45,507 nucleotides of DNA, taken from contig MFLU01000019.1 of assembly GCA_001783335.1 (NCBI GenBank), positions 1 through 45,507 on the forward strand, in the 5' to 3' direction. Made by a program: the position numbers and the translations under genes. Shown in pieces: positions 17,449 through 27,745 of the stretch. The stretch's first letter is position 1, and every line of letters starts with the position of its first letter. The notes under the pieces are model-generated. The model was given only the letters and a program-made list of their open reading frames with translations. It did no database searches and was not told where the DNA came from. The stretch is from Candidatus Kaiserbacteria bacterium RIFCSPLOWO2_01_FULL_50_24. Lineage in GTDB: Bacteria > Patescibacteriota > Minisyncoccia > Phycocordibacterales > UBA2100.

Positions 17449-18012
17449 TCACGCCCCCGACTTTTTAGCTGTTTTATCAATCTCTATAACAACCGAGAGC
17501 CCTTTAGGTCCTTTTCTTATCTCGTCTGCAATCTTATACGATTCAGGTATTAACGCGAGAAAACGCTCTAAACGCTCCTTGAGGAAGTTGAACTCCATGT
17601 ACTTATAGCGTCCCCATAAAAAGAGGTCCACTTTTACGCGATGCCCCTCGCGGAGCCATAGTGCGGCTTTCGACGCCTTGATGTGCATGTCCCGCTCCGA
17701 TGTGCCCACTTTTACTTGTGTTGTTTTTGTTTCCGCGCTGTGCGCTTTCGCGCGAGTATCCCGATCTTTTCTTTTTTGTTCGTATTTAAATTTTCCATAG
17801 TCCATTATCTTTACTACGGGCGGATTTGCTTGTGCCGTAACCTCTATCAAGTCAAGTCCCGCCTCTTTGGCACGAGCGAGAGCATCGGGTGTTTTCATAA
17901 CACCAAAATTTTCGCCTTCGGGGCCAATCACGCGCACTTCAGGCACGCGAATGCCCTCGTTCATTCGTATGCGCTCCTTCTCTTTTTGTGATGTGTACTT
18001 GGTAAATCCCAT
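17449..18012 (-). CDS. infC: translation initiation factor IF-3
   Basis: NEGIRVPEVRVI, GLDLIEV, PPVVKIMDYGKFKYE. Confidence 0.97.
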   Translation of the reverse strand: MGFTKYTSQKEKERIRMNEGIRVPEVRVIGPEGENFGVMKTPDALARAKEAGLDLIEVTAQANPPVVKIMDYGKFKYEQKRKDRDTRAKAHSAETKTTQVKVGTSERDMHIKASKAALWLREGHRVKVDLFLWGRYKYMEFNFLKERLERFLALIPESYKIADEIRKGPKGLSVVIEIDKTAKKSGA

Positions 18013-18056
18013 CTTGGTGTTAGATACTATACATCTCTTGTGAATAGTGGCAAGCG

Positions 18057-19340
18057 TTATTCCCCGTGAAAGTCGTCATAATATTGCGGTCTCCCGAAAG
18101 GTTTCAGATATGCAAGCATGGTAAGGAGGGCCTCTTTTACGCGTTCTAGAAACGCTTGATATCCCGCAAGCTCCGTTCTTCTTTCTTCCGGAAGGTTCGC
18201 AAGGTCCGGAGAAGTGAAGGTTTGTTCGATGGGAAGAACGAGGGCGGTCGGATCTCTTCTTACGAGTGTTTCATCAGTGGCGTAATCATCACGTAGTTCC
18301 ACAATGTCTTCGCCCGACAGGAATAGTTCAAGCGATGTGCCAGTGCCTATTTCAACCACTATCGGCTCTGCGGACATCAAAATCCATTCGCTTAATATCT
18401 GCACCGCAGATGTCGCCTGTTTTTTTTCGGGCTGACCTTGAGCCGGCGTGGGCGGATGTGTCGTAGCGCGTGTCGCCGTTAGGTCTGGCGTTTGTTGCGA
18501 GGGAGGAGCTGTGGCGTGTTGTTGTTGGAGTGGCGCCTGCAGGTGTGGAACCTGTGGAGGATACTGAGGGGGGGGTTGAATCGGATTTTGCACTTGCGGC
18601 GCCGGTTGTTGCGGCGGCGCAAAAAGATTGCGCAGGGCGTTTGTTACGGACGCGGAAGGTGCAGGACCTGAATACGATGGCGTAACAATATTTAGAGGCG
18701 GTGTTCCGGAACATTGTTTTGTTACACCCTGGGCAGCGCAACGTGCGGATTCACCACCGCCGATTCCGGCGAGTATCATGTGTGGAAGGTCTGGTCTGCC
18801 GCGATATGTTGGGCGCGGAAAGCATACGCCGAGTTGCGGATTTGCTCGCGCAAAATTCATCATAGAGTCGTAATTCTTGTTCGCCGGGTGCACATCAATG
18901 GCTACTCCTCGCGTATGATTTGAGCCTGGTACGCCTCCGACTCGCGCGTTTTCTCCAGACAGACCGTCTCGGTATGTAGACGTGATAGTCACAGAGCCAT
19001 ATCTGGCTGTGTATGCTTGAAAGAATTGCGCGGCGCAAACTGCAAATGTCGCGTTGAGTTTTTGTATGTGTGCCGGACTCGCCGTGGTGCCGTTGCGTGG
19101 TAAACTCGTGAGGTATTGCTTTGCCAGAGCAACGTTTAGTCCTATATTTTCATCCGACGGTAACCAGCACGGGGAATTTATTGGTATTCCGGCGAGGGTG
19201 GCGAGGTCGCGTGTTGCTGCAGTTATTGGCACTTCGCCTGTGTTCGGGCACGTCTGTGCGCGTGCAAAAAAGGGAAGCGTGGCGAAAAACAAACACAACG
19301 CCAGAAAAGGGATTGTTTTTTTCGAAACCTGCATTGTCAT
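18057..19340 (-). CDS. secreted Zn peptidase M15-like (D-Ala-D-Ala/LAS fold) with Pro/Gln-rich linker
   Basis: signal peptide, ITSTYR, SNHTRGVAID (HxxxxxxD), DLPH. Confidence 0.7.
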   Translation of the reverse strand: MTMQVSKKTIPFLALCLFFATLPFFARAQTCPNTGEVPITAATRDLATLAGIPINSPCWLPSDENIGLNVALAKQYLTSLPRNGTTASPAHIQKLNATFAVCAAQFFQAYTARYGSVTITSTYRDGLSGENARVGGVPGSNHTRGVAIDVHPANKNYDSMMNFARANPQLGVCFPRPTYRGRPDLPHMILAGIGGGESARCAAQGVTKQCSGTPPLNIVTPSYSGPAPSASVTNALRNLFAPPQQPAPQVQNPIQPPPQYPPQVPHLQAPLQQQHATAPPSQQTPDLTATRATTHPPTPAQGQPEKKQATSAVQILSEWILMSAEPIVVEIGTGTSLELFLSGEDIVELRDDYATDETLVRRDPTALVLPIEQTFTSPDLANLPEERRTELAGYQAFLERVKEALLTMLAYLKPFGRPQYYDDFHGE

Positions 19341-19403
19341 AGATTTAATCTATTGTATCACTTTGGATACGAGAATACTGTGGCGCGCCAACCTTGTAGT
19401 GAT

Positions 19404-19435
19404 ACACCCGCATATACTTAAGTATATGCGGGTGT
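19404..19435. repeat. perfect 32-bp palindrome (collapsed family B element)
   Basis: ACACCCGCATATACTT|AAGTATATGCGGGTGT. Confidence 0.8.
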
Positions 19436-19523
19436 GTACAGGATTTTGTGCCATGCGTATTGGTGTATGGTATGTTGCGGTGGGGTCGCGTGGCGCGGCT
19501 TCGTTACAAAAGGGAGAAAAAGC

Positions 19524-20545
19524 ATGAGATTGAGGTTTTGTGCATTGGCAGGTGCGACGGCGCTAGGCGGCATGCTCGCGCTCACGGCGGCGCAGTCGCA
19601 GGATTTCGTGAGGGTAGACGGTTCCTCTACTGTGTTTCCAATCAGTGAAGCCATGGCGGAAGAATTCCAGAGGTCGCATGGAGCGCATGTAGTAGTTGGG
19701 CTCTCGGGCACCGGCGGCGGATTCAAGAAATTCTGCCGCGGCGACGTGGACATTACGGGCGCTTCGCGCCCGATAAAGCGCTCCGAGGCGGACGCGTGTA
19801 GAGGAATGGGTATTGAGTTTATAGAGCTTCCGATAGCGCTTGACGCTCTCGCGGTCGTCGTCAACCCGAGGAATACGTGGGTTGATTACCTCACGGTTGC
19901 GGAGTTGAAAAAATGTGGGAGCCCGAAGCGCAGGGGGTGGTTACGAACTGGAACCAAATTCGTGCTAGCTTTCCAGATCGCCCGCTTCGCTTATACGGCC
20001 CGGGCGTGGATTCCGGCACGTATGATTACTTTACGCTCGCCATAGTCGGAAAAGAGCATTACAGCCGGGGTGACTTCACGGCATCGGAGGACGACAATAT
20101 CCTTGTGCACGGCGTGGCAGGTGACACGAACGCACTCGGATTCTTCGGACTTGCTTACTACGCGGAGAATGAGGGTCGTCTGAAGGCGGCGCCGATAAAA
20201 TTAGACGATTTTGCCCCGGGAGTTCTACCGTCGGTGGAGAATGCTAAAAATGGCATCTACCAGCCACTCTCGCGACCAATCTTCATCTACGTGAACAAGC
20301 GGACGGCGGACGCAAAGGAGAACGTTTGGAAGTTTGTGGAGTTTTATCTGAATGTTCGGAACGCAGTTACACTTGTGACGGAAGTTGGTTATGTGCCGCT
20401 TCCAGAAGAGGGTATAAGAGCGTTTCAGCGTCGGTTCGCAAACCGAGATATTGGTAGTGCCTTCCTGGACGGCTCGCAAACCGGTATATCCATAGAAGAG
20501 CTCGTACGGATGCCTCTGCGATCAAATAGATTGAAAATTGACTGA
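19524..20545 (+). pseudogene. pstS: phosphate ABC transporter substrate-binding protein, frameshift at A-run 19908-19913 (probably sequencing error)
   Basis: [52 protein letters not shown]; one extra A restores ELKKMWEPEA. Confidence 0.9.
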
Positions 20546-20562
20546 ATTGGATGGACGAAAAT

Positions 20563-20594
20563 AAACAAAGGGGCGCACATGCCCCCCTTTTTTC
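20563..20594 (+). terminator. intrinsic terminator after pstS
   Basis: ggggc-gcacat-gcccc followed by T-run. Confidence 0.55.
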
Positions 20595-20768
20595 CGTACT
20601 GAATAGAGTCAAAAAAGAAAAAGCTCCGATTGTACGGGACTTATTGAATGTTTGTCGTTGCAGACCTGGTTATCTTTGCTTTGCCGCCATTGTACACCGC
20701 TACACTCTCTTTATATTTTTTGTTGAGCCGACGTATAAACGTTAGCATCGATGGCGTATACTATATGT

Positions 20769-21560
20769 ATGAATCACATGGGGCGGCGAGGGATTCGAGG
20801 GGCGCTCAACGACGTCCTAAACAACGAACAGTCGCGCTGGTACTTTGTCGTTAACGACAGCATCGCCGTTGTCATTCTTATTTCGGTCGTCCTACTTATT
20901 TTGGAAACGATCCCGTCCATCGGCGGCCTGTATCCCGCCTTTTTCTATAACGCAGAAATTGTCGTTATAGGACTTTTCACCACCGAATATTTTGTGCGGC
21001 TGTGGGTAGCGGAACACCCCCTCCTTTATGTGCGCAGTTTTTTCGGCGTCATAGACGCCGCTGCCATCCTTCCCGGCTTTTTCGTGATTCTCTTACCCAC
21101 TCTTTTCCCGCTCCACTCGCTCGTGGCGCTACGCATATTGCGGGTGCTTCGCATCCTACGCACGCTCCGGCTTGTGCGTTGGGTGTTCCCGACGGAACAT
21201 CGCCAAAAAATGGCGAAAGATTTTGCAGGTGGGCTAGCACTTTTCAACATGGAGATTTTCTTCTTTGCCTACTTCTCGTTCGTTGTCATAGCCGGTTCTT
21301 TGATGTACGCGGTGGAAAGTTCGGTGCTCGGCTCGCCTTTCGTTTCTATTCCCGACGGCATGTGGTGGGCGATAGTAACGATGACGACCGTCGGTTACGG
21401 CGACTTCGTTCCGGTAACGGCACTCGGCAAAATAGTCGCTTCGCTCACGATGGTATCGGGGCTCGTGCTTCTCGCAATGCTTGTCGCAGTCGTCGGCCGC
21501 ACGATGCAGACAGTGCTTTTTGGCTCGCCGCTCGAAGTGTTCGATAGAGACAGGCAGTGA
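20769..21560 (+). CDS. voltage-gated potassium channel (6TM, KvAP-like)
   Basis: S4 LRILRVLRILRTLRLVR; selectivity filter TTVGYGD. Confidence 0.92.
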   Translation: MNHMGRRGIRGALNDVLNNEQSRWYFVVNDSIAVVILISVVLLILETIPSIGGLYPAFFYNAEIVVIGLFTTEYFVRLWVAEHPLLYVRSFFGVIDAAAILPGFFVILLPTLFPLHSLVALRILRVLRILRTLRLVRWVFPTEHRQKMAKDFAGGLALFNMEIFFFAYFSFVVIAGSLMYAVESSVLGSPFVSIPDGMWWAIVTMTTVGYGDFVPVTALGKIVASLTMVSGLVLLAMLVAVVGRTMQTVLFGSPLEVFDRDRQ

Positions 21561-21683
21561 AAAAACGCTCGAAGGTGTCCCCTGTTTTTCATAGTAGTAT
21601 CAACTCATTTGGCTCACACTCGGTACACTCGACTCGCTTATACGCAAAAACGGAGGAATCGCCCTTGGCTCGTGTTGATGCAA

Positions 21684-21720
21684 AACCAAAAAGCCGCTCA
21701 TTGAGAGCGGTTTTTTGGTT
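21684..21720. terminator. bidirectional intrinsic terminator downstream of tmRNA
   Basis: aaccaaaaagccgctc-att-gagagcggttttttggtt. Confidence 0.75.
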
Positions 21721-21797
21721 AGTGGAGCCCCGCGTATGCTCGCGGGATTCTCACAAAATATAGTCGTCCTTCGCAAAGCTCAGGACTCGTTATTTTG

Positions 21798-22159
21798 TGG
21801 AGGTGTCGGGGAATGATCCCGAGTCCGAAGAAAAGTATGCACGGGTGTCTACGAGGCGTAGTTCATCTGAAGTTTTAAATGTGCCGAATAAAAGGTGAAC
21901 AGAAACTCGACACACCGAGTCCTAAGTCTTACGCGAGCGCAGGACTTCGCTCGCGAGTGCTTGAAGAATGACGCCCAACGAATTTACTCAAGCTCTACAT
22001 TCGTGGACGGCCGCTTAGGCAAAAGCGTAAGCAGGCTGAATCGGGGAAAGAACCCCGCCAGTGTTTTTCGCACTTGAATTTTTGAGGCAGTTTGAAAAGT
22101 TACCACAGCTTTGCCACGCTACGTACGATACCGTATCTTCGTCGAAGCCAGTCACCCCC
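21798..22159 (-). ncRNA. ssrA: transfer-messenger RNA; tag AKNTGGVLSPIQPAYAFA* at 22071..22015
   Basis: 5' GGGGGTGACTGGCTTCGAC, 3' GACTCGGG..CCCGACACCTCCA with G3-U pair, tag ending YAFA-stop, smpB nearby. Confidence 0.95.
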
Positions 22160-22231
22160 GAAGAATAAGCTTTCAGCTGTCAGTGTACAGCTTCTAGCAA
22201 ATATAAAACTCACTTTTCGTGAGTGGCTGGT

Positions 22232-22390
22232 TGAGTGCTTGCCCGCACACTTATGTTGGTGTTATTGCTCCGTGTTTTCGGACGATTGTCGTCTAACACA
22301 AAGTATATCAACTAAGCGTCTTTTATGGTTAGTGTTGGTTTTTGTAATAAAAACACAACACCAACACAAGTGTGGGGGCTTGAATGCGGC
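22232..22390 (+). repeat. family B hairpin element, left copy
   Basis: TGAGTGCTTGCCCGCACACTTA ... AAGTGTGGGGGCTTGAATGCGGC. Confidence 0.8.
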
Positions 22391-22438
22391 CCCCAGCCGT
22401 AGTTTTGCCCACTAGCAAAACTACGGCTGGGGAAATGT

Positions 22439-22621
22439 TTAGCGCGGATAGACCTTGTCCAACGGACGAGGATCGCCCGCGTCCGGCTCGTCTTCGAGCT
22501 GCTCTTCGTCGCTGAGGACCTTGGTTCGCGACGAGTCGTCGTCGTCAGGACCCCTCTTGGCCCTGCGTCGCCAGAGGAGGTCGTCCTCCTCCGCTATGTG
22601 ACGTATCTTCCTCGGGCCCAT
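22439..22621 (-). CDS. hypothetical 60-aa charged peptide
   Basis: strong SD AAAGGAGG before ATG; hairpin 22391..22432 directly after the stop. Confidence 0.6.
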   Translation of the reverse strand: MGPRKIRHIAEEDDLLWRRRAKRGPDDDDSSRTKVLSDEEQLEDEPDAGDPRPLDKVYPR

Positions 22622-22646
22622 GGCGGTACCTCCTTTTTTGTTGGTT

Positions 22647-22803
22647 GCCACGTTCAAGCCCCCACACTTACTTTGGCATCGTTGTGCGTGAACATAGAGA
22701 TAGTATCGCTAGGCTAGAATAACTCACCTTGCCGGAGGCGGATAGGTTCTCGTGAAGTACAACAGAAAGCAATGCCCAAGTAAGTGTCAGGGGCAAGCAC
22801 TCA
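22647..22803 (-). repeat. family B hairpin element, right copy (inverted)
   Basis: reverse complement has the same two ends as 22232..22390 with an unrelated middle. Confidence 0.8.
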
Positions 22804-22907
22804 TTTTTTCGCCCATGCACTAAAAAACCTTGCTACAACTTCCAAACACGAACACCTCGCTTGGTTTTTAGTGCGGGGTTTCGCGCTCCAAAATTCTTAT
22901 ACGAAAT

Positions 22908-23357
22908 TCATGGAGCACTCATTTTCAAAGTTCTGTCAATTCTTCGTTTCTCCTCGCGCGCGCGGATGTGTTGCCGCTTGTCTTGCTTTTTTCTGCCCCG
23001 TGCGATTGCTATCAAAATCTTCAGATTCCTCCCCTTATTATACACCCGAATAGGCACTATTGTCAAGCCCGATGCTCCCTCTGCAGAGGATATCCGCGCA
23101 ATCTCTTTTTTAGTGACCAAGAGCCGTCTCGTTCGCTCTGGGTCGTATGATTTTGGTGCATTGGCGATTTGCCATGCCGGAATACTCGCTCCCATAAGGT
23201 ACGCCTCATTACCACGAGCCACTACGCGCGCGCCTTTCAAAGACCCGCGCTTCGCACGCAGAGATTTCACCTCAAAACCGAACAATTCCAAACCCGCCTC
23301 CACTTCCTCGAGGAGTTCGTAATCAAATCTCGCCCGTTCGTTTTCTATCAGGCTCAT
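22908..23357 (-). CDS. smpB: SsrA-binding protein
   Basis: RARFDYE..E.EAGLEL.G.EVKSLR, RTRRLL, RGRKKQDKR. Confidence 0.97.
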   Translation of the reverse strand: MSLIENERARFDYELLEEVEAGLELFGFEVKSLRAKRGSLKGARVVARGNEAYLMGASIPAWQIANAPKSYDPERTRRLLVTKKEIARISSAEGASGLTIVPIRVYNKGRNLKILIAIARGRKKQDKRQHIRAREEKRRIDRTLKMSAP

Positions 23358-23448
23358 AAACTCTACTATAACTCATCGCACGCCGTCTGTCTGAACATGC
23401 TATTGTGAGAGTAGGAACTTTGACATACCCCGAGGAAAGGAGGACGAA

Positions 23449-24423
23449 ATGGAAATAGTAGAAAACGTCCTCGTCGTCGGGGACAAACAGATGGTGGCGG
23501 ATTTATTTCATCCAGTTGTGATGGGGCATGGTGGCTTACCGCGTTTGCGCACCGTGATAGCGCCGGGAGGCGCAAAATCCGGCCATACGATGGGAATGCG
23601 ACTTTGCGCGTTTCAGGAGATGGGCATTCATGCCAGTCGGTTTGACGCGGGGCTTGCCACATCGGCTGGATCATACAACATGGTCGGTTATTGTGCTGAG
23701 CAAACACACCTCATCTCAACGATGTATCAGGAGCTTTCGTGGCTTAACCCGAAAGTTTTTCTGTCTGCGCTCCGCGGAGATCATTTAGGACTTCTGTATC
23801 TGGAAAAAAATCTGCGGGAGATGCTTGATGTTGAAACGTTCAAAAAGTGCCACATGGATCTCACGATTGGCCTTTCCGATCTAAAAGCAAATTTGTTTCT
23901 CCACAAGGCAAAAGAAGCCGACGACATTTTTGATCTCATGTACGCGTCCTCGGCGCTGTTTCCGATTGTTCCGGGTCGGGTTATCAAAGGGGTGTATAGC
24001 ATAGATGGTGGATTTACACGCCGAAGCTTAATGGCGCATTGGATGCGCCACATACTTAGGGAGATATCGCAGGAGCAGGAGATGGATGTGCTTTTTCTTG
24101 CCAACCGACCGCACCCAAGTCACAGGAATTGGCTTACGGACTGGTTTGAGGAGTATGTGCTTTGGGGCGTCATGTACCTTGCGCTTGCTCGCTATCCCGA
24201 ATTGTTGCGTGGCGCCCGCTCCATTGATTTGAAAATGCGCAAAGCAGCGGAAGTATTTGGGCGGAAACATCCGCGCATACGCATGTGCGCGCTATACCCG
24301 ATGCCGGACGAGAACATCTACCCAAATGAATGGCGCCGATATATTTTACAACACCGCGGCGAGCGTACGCGGCAACGTACGGAAAAATTTCTGAAAGCGC
24401 TTAAACCAATTCGGGAAATCTAG
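23449..24423 (+). CDS. patatin-like phospholipase
   Basis: PGGAKSG glycine loop, ATSAG nucleophile elbow, ASSA, DGG; strong SD. Confidence 0.75.
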   Translation: MEIVENVLVVGDKQMVADLFHPVVMGHGGLPRLRTVIAPGGAKSGHTMGMRLCAFQEMGIHASRFDAGLATSAGSYNMVGYCAEQTHLISTMYQELSWLNPKVFLSALRGDHLGLLYLEKNLREMLDVETFKKCHMDLTIGLSDLKANLFLHKAKEADDIFDLMYASSALFPIVPGRVIKGVYSIDGGFTRRSLMAHWMRHILREISQEQEMDVLFLANRPHPSHRNWLTDWFEEYVLWGVMYLALARYPELLRGARSIDLKMRKAAEVFGRKHPRIRMCALYPMPDENIYPNEWRRYILQHRGERTRQRTEKFLKALKPIREI

Positions 24424-24505
24424 TGCTCTCATCAAGTTTTGCCACTCGGCGAAACTGAGGGGAGCATTTCCTTTTTAATTCAAATGTGTTATGATGTTTT
24501 ACGTT

Positions 24506-26440
24506 ATGACTGCCAAAAAGAATGCGGGTGGTGCCAAAAAAACACCAGCGCAAAAAGTGCCGCCACAAGGCCCGAGCATGTGGATGCAGTTTGCGATTGC
24601 ACTCGCAATTTTTCTGGTACTGTCGTCTGCGTATTCTCTGGCTCATGAGTATGTGTTTTCCGAGAATGAGGAGGTGCCACTCTCAAAGCTTGCTTCTGAT
24701 ATCGCGTCTGGTCTTGTCGTTTCTATTTCTGTGGAGGGGAGTACCGTGAAGGCAACATACGCAGACGAAAGCGTAAAGACGTCTAAAAAAGAACTAGAAA
24801 CCTCATTTACCGAGACGCTAAAAAATTACGATCTGACGCCGGAGCAAATGTCTGCGGTAGAAGTCACGATTGGCGAAGAGGGTGGTGTTCGCTTCTGGTT
24901 TTTTCAGCTTGCGCCGCTTCTTGTTCCCATCCTTCTCCTTGTCGGCATCATTTGGTACCTCTCGCGCCAGGTGCGTGGCGCCGGTATGCAGGCGTTCAGT
25001 TTCGGCCGTTCCATGGCGCGCCTCGTGTCGCCGGAGGACGAAGTACAACGAGTGATGTTCAGAGACGTGGCCGGCGCAAAAGAGGCAAAGTCGGAACTTT
25101 TGGAAATTGTTGATTTTCTCAAAAATCCAAAGAAATTCATCCAAATAGGCGCACGTATTCCAAAGGGCGTGCTTTTGATGGGGGCAAGTGGAACCGGAAA
25201 AACGTTACTCGCACGTGCGGTCGCGGGCGAAGCTGGCGTACCCTTCTTTTCCATATCGGGTTCAGAATTTGTGGAGATGTTTGTTGGGGTTGGAGCTTCG
25301 AGGACCAGAGATTTATTTCAAACAGCAAAAAAATCATCGCCCGCGATTGTCTTTATTGATGAAATAGACGCGGTGGGGCGCGTGCGCGGCACGGGAGTGG
25401 GTGGCGGCAACGACGAGCGCGAACAAACACTCAATCAGATTCTGGTTGAAATGGACGGTTTTGAGCCGAACGAGGCGTTAATCGTACTTGCAGCTACGAA
25501 TCGCCCCGATGTGTTAGACCCGGCGTTGGTGCGCCCGGGCCGTTTTGACCGCCGTGTTGTCATTGACCTTCCGGACCGAAAGGATCGCGAGGAAATTCTC
25601 ACTATCCACGCACGCAAGAAACCGCTCGGAGCCGACGTAAATCTCTCTGTTATTGCGGAGCGCACGCCAGGGCTTTCCGGCGCCGACCTGGCGAACGTAA
25701 TGAACGAAGGGGCAATACTCGCCGCGCGAGAAAACCGCAAAGAGATTACCCAGTACGATCTAGTTCGGAGTATTGAAAAGGTGATGCTTGGGCCGGAGCG
25801 TCGGAGTCATGTGCTCAACAAGAAAGAAAAAGAAATTACCGCGTACCATGAGGCGGGGCACGCGCTTGTGGCCAGCGTCTTGCCGTATGCCGACCCGGTG
25901 CACAAGATATCCATCATTTCCCGCGGGCGAGCCGCCGGCTATACTCTGAAACTTCCGTTTGAAGACCGGCGCATGCAGTCGCGTAGAGAGTTCTTAGACG
26001 ACATCGCGATGTCTTTAGGCGGATACGTTGCGGAGAAAATGGTGTTTGGCGATATCACCACAGGCGCTTCCAACGACCTACAGGTGCTCTCGGCGCTCGC
26101 GCGTGACATGGTGACGCGCTACGGTATGTCTGAAAAGCTTGGGCCAATAGCGCTTGACGCGGCACTCGGGAAAACACTTTTCGGACAGGGGATAGAGGGC
26201 GGCAACGATCGCTCGGACGAAACGGCTGAGCAGATTGACATGGAGGTGAAGTTACTTATTGGCAATGCGCACAAAAAGGCGACCGATATTATAAAAAAGC
26301 ACCGCAAGGTGCTGGATGCTATTGCCAAGAAACTCATTGAAGTGGAAACGATTGAACGCGACGAGTTCGAAAAGATTTTGATAGCGAACGGAATAACACC
26401 AAAGAGAAAAGAGGATATTGAACATGCTTCGTTGGTGTGA
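24506..26440 (+). CDS. ftsH: ATP-dependent zinc metalloprotease FtsH
   Basis: 2 [31 protein letters not shown]. Confidence 0.98.
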   Translation: MTAKKNAGGAKKTPAQKVPPQGPSMWMQFAIALAIFLVLSSAYSLAHEYVFSENEEVPLSKLASDIASGLVVSISVEGSTVKATYADESVKTSKKELETSFTETLKNYDLTPEQMSAVEVTIGEEGGVRFWFFQLAPLLVPILLLVGIIWYLSRQVRGAGMQAFSFGRSMARLVSPEDEVQRVMFRDVAGAKEAKSELLEIVDFLKNPKKFIQIGARIPKGVLLMGASGTGKTLLARAVAGEAGVPFFSISGSEFVEMFVGVGASRTRDLFQTAKKSSPAIVFIDEIDAVGRVRGTGVGGGNDEREQTLNQILVEMDGFEPNEALIVLAATNRPDVLDPALVRPGRFDRRVVIDLPDRKDREEILTIHARKKPLGADVNLSVIAERTPGLSGADLANVMNEGAILAARENRKEITQYDLVRSIEKVMLGPERRSHVLNKKEKEITAYHEAGHALVASVLPYADPVHKISIISRGRAAGYTLKLPFEDRRMQSRREFLDDIAMSLGGYVAEKMVFGDITTGASNDLQVLSALARDMVTRYGMSEKLGPIALDAALGKTLFGQGIEGGNDRSDETAEQIDMEVKLLIGNAHKKATDIIKKHRKVLDAIAKKLIEVETIERDEFEKILIANGITPKRKEDIEHASLV

Positions 26441-26667
26441 ACTCGGCAAAGAAAGTTTAGAAAATCACGAGCGTAGCGAGTAGATTTTCTTAACCCCGCT
26501 ACACTTTTGCATTTTTCTGATTGCAAAAGTGTGGTCGGGGAGGATATAGAACACCAGCCCATTGTTTAATTCTGTCTGTTGCTCTAGTGACTGTCTAAAA
26601 AATAGCCCGCCGCAGTTTTGCCAAAAAAGCAAAACTGCGGCGGGTACGTTGTCTGTCAACGCGCTGT

Positions 26668-27657
26668 TCAGCGTAGTAGTTGGTGCGCGCGCTCTATAAC
26701 AGAGCGAATATTCCATGGCTTCAAAATAGCGATAGAGCCGATGAATATGGAATCGCGTCCTCGCTCTAAACCTGCAGATACCAATTTATCCACATGGCTA
26801 GGGCGCAGTACTCCACCGCCGGCGCATATTGGCTTTGTTATACCGACATGTCGTATTGCCTCTATCTGTTCGCACACGAGCTTTCGCAAGGGCTCGCCAG
26901 ACAGGGCGCCGTTTCCGAACCGTTCGCTTCTCTTTGCAAGCGGCGATCCGTGCGGGAATAGTGTCTTCCAGTTGATTGCATCTCCGCGCACGCCGAAAGG
27001 AATGGCGTTAGACGTGCATAGTGCATCGCACGCAGGGTGCTTGCCTATACGCAACACGTCTAGAAGTGGCATGCACACATCAATTTTCACCACGAGCGGA
27101 ATACCGAGATGATTCATAACATCCAGCATTTCCAAAATTTCCTCTGCCAAAAGCTTCTCGGTGTGCACATTGGCACAACTCACATTGATTTGGAGTCCGA
27201 GTCGTTTGCGTAAAGACGGAATGAAATCAAGTTGTGTATTTAGAATATTCGTAAATCCGCGGCACTCTTTCATGCGCTGTGCCCTTTCGGGCGCAGCTGA
27301 ACCCCACGAAATCATAAATGGATTCTTTCCGTGCGCTTTCAGAAGTCCGGCAGAAAAAAGTTGTCCCGCGCCGGGGTTGGAAAATCCAATGGCGTTTAAT
27401 ACTATGCCCTGTCGCCGCGACCACCACACGCACTGCGGAAAAAGTTCTTGCGGTGCGTATCCTTCATGCCTGTCTGCGATAGGCATATTGCCTGCGTGCG
27501 AGGGGAGCGTTACTGTCTTTGCGACCGGCGTTGAGCCGGAAAAATCGTACCAGCGCTTGATTAGAGGCGCGCGGTGGAACCAGTATCCATCTTCCATAAA
27601 TCCGCGTAGTCCCGCCGCATCCAAACATGGGCCGAAATCTATTCCTCGGAGTATCAT
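26668..27657 (-). CDS. pyrD: dihydroorotate dehydrogenase family 1-like
   Basis: AKTVT...GN, LNAIGFSNPG, INVSCAN, VVKI, GALSG, AGGGV. Confidence 0.75.
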   Translation of the reverse strand: MILRGIDFGPCLDAAGLRGFMEDGYWFHRAPLIKRWYDFSGSTPVAKTVTLPSHAGNMPIADRHEGYAPQELFPQCVWWSRRQGIVLNAIGFSNPGAGQLFSAGLLKAHGKNPFMISWGSAAPERAQRMKECRGFTNILNTQLDFIPSLRKRLGLQINVSCANVHTEKLLAEEILEMLDVMNHLGIPLVVKIDVCMPLLDVLRIGKHPACDALCTSNAIPFGVRGDAINWKTLFPHGSPLAKRSERFGNGALSGEPLRKLVCEQIEAIRHVGITKPICAGGGVLRPSHVDKLVSAGLERGRDSIFIGSIAILKPWNIRSVIERAHQLLR

Positions 27658-27745
27658 TGCTCGTCTTCTTCTTTCTATTTTCTCCGCGTAGAACCATACC
27701 ACCCTTGTTGCAGGACTTCAAGCCGTTCGGTACGATGACTTACAT

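Noticed and set aside
9850-19915. Programmed frameshifting in purD and pstS
   Set aside because: Both are single-base losses in 6-nt homopolymers with no evident stimulatory signal; sequencing error is more parsimonious.
24426-24436. CTCTCATCAAG half-match to the RAYT repeat
   Set aside because: Only 11 nt with no second arm; could be chance.
27466-27486. Imperfect palindrome ATGCCTGTC-TGC-GATAGGCAT inside pyrD as another in-frame element
   Set aside because: Single imperfect copy in the window and no alignment available to show it is an insertion.
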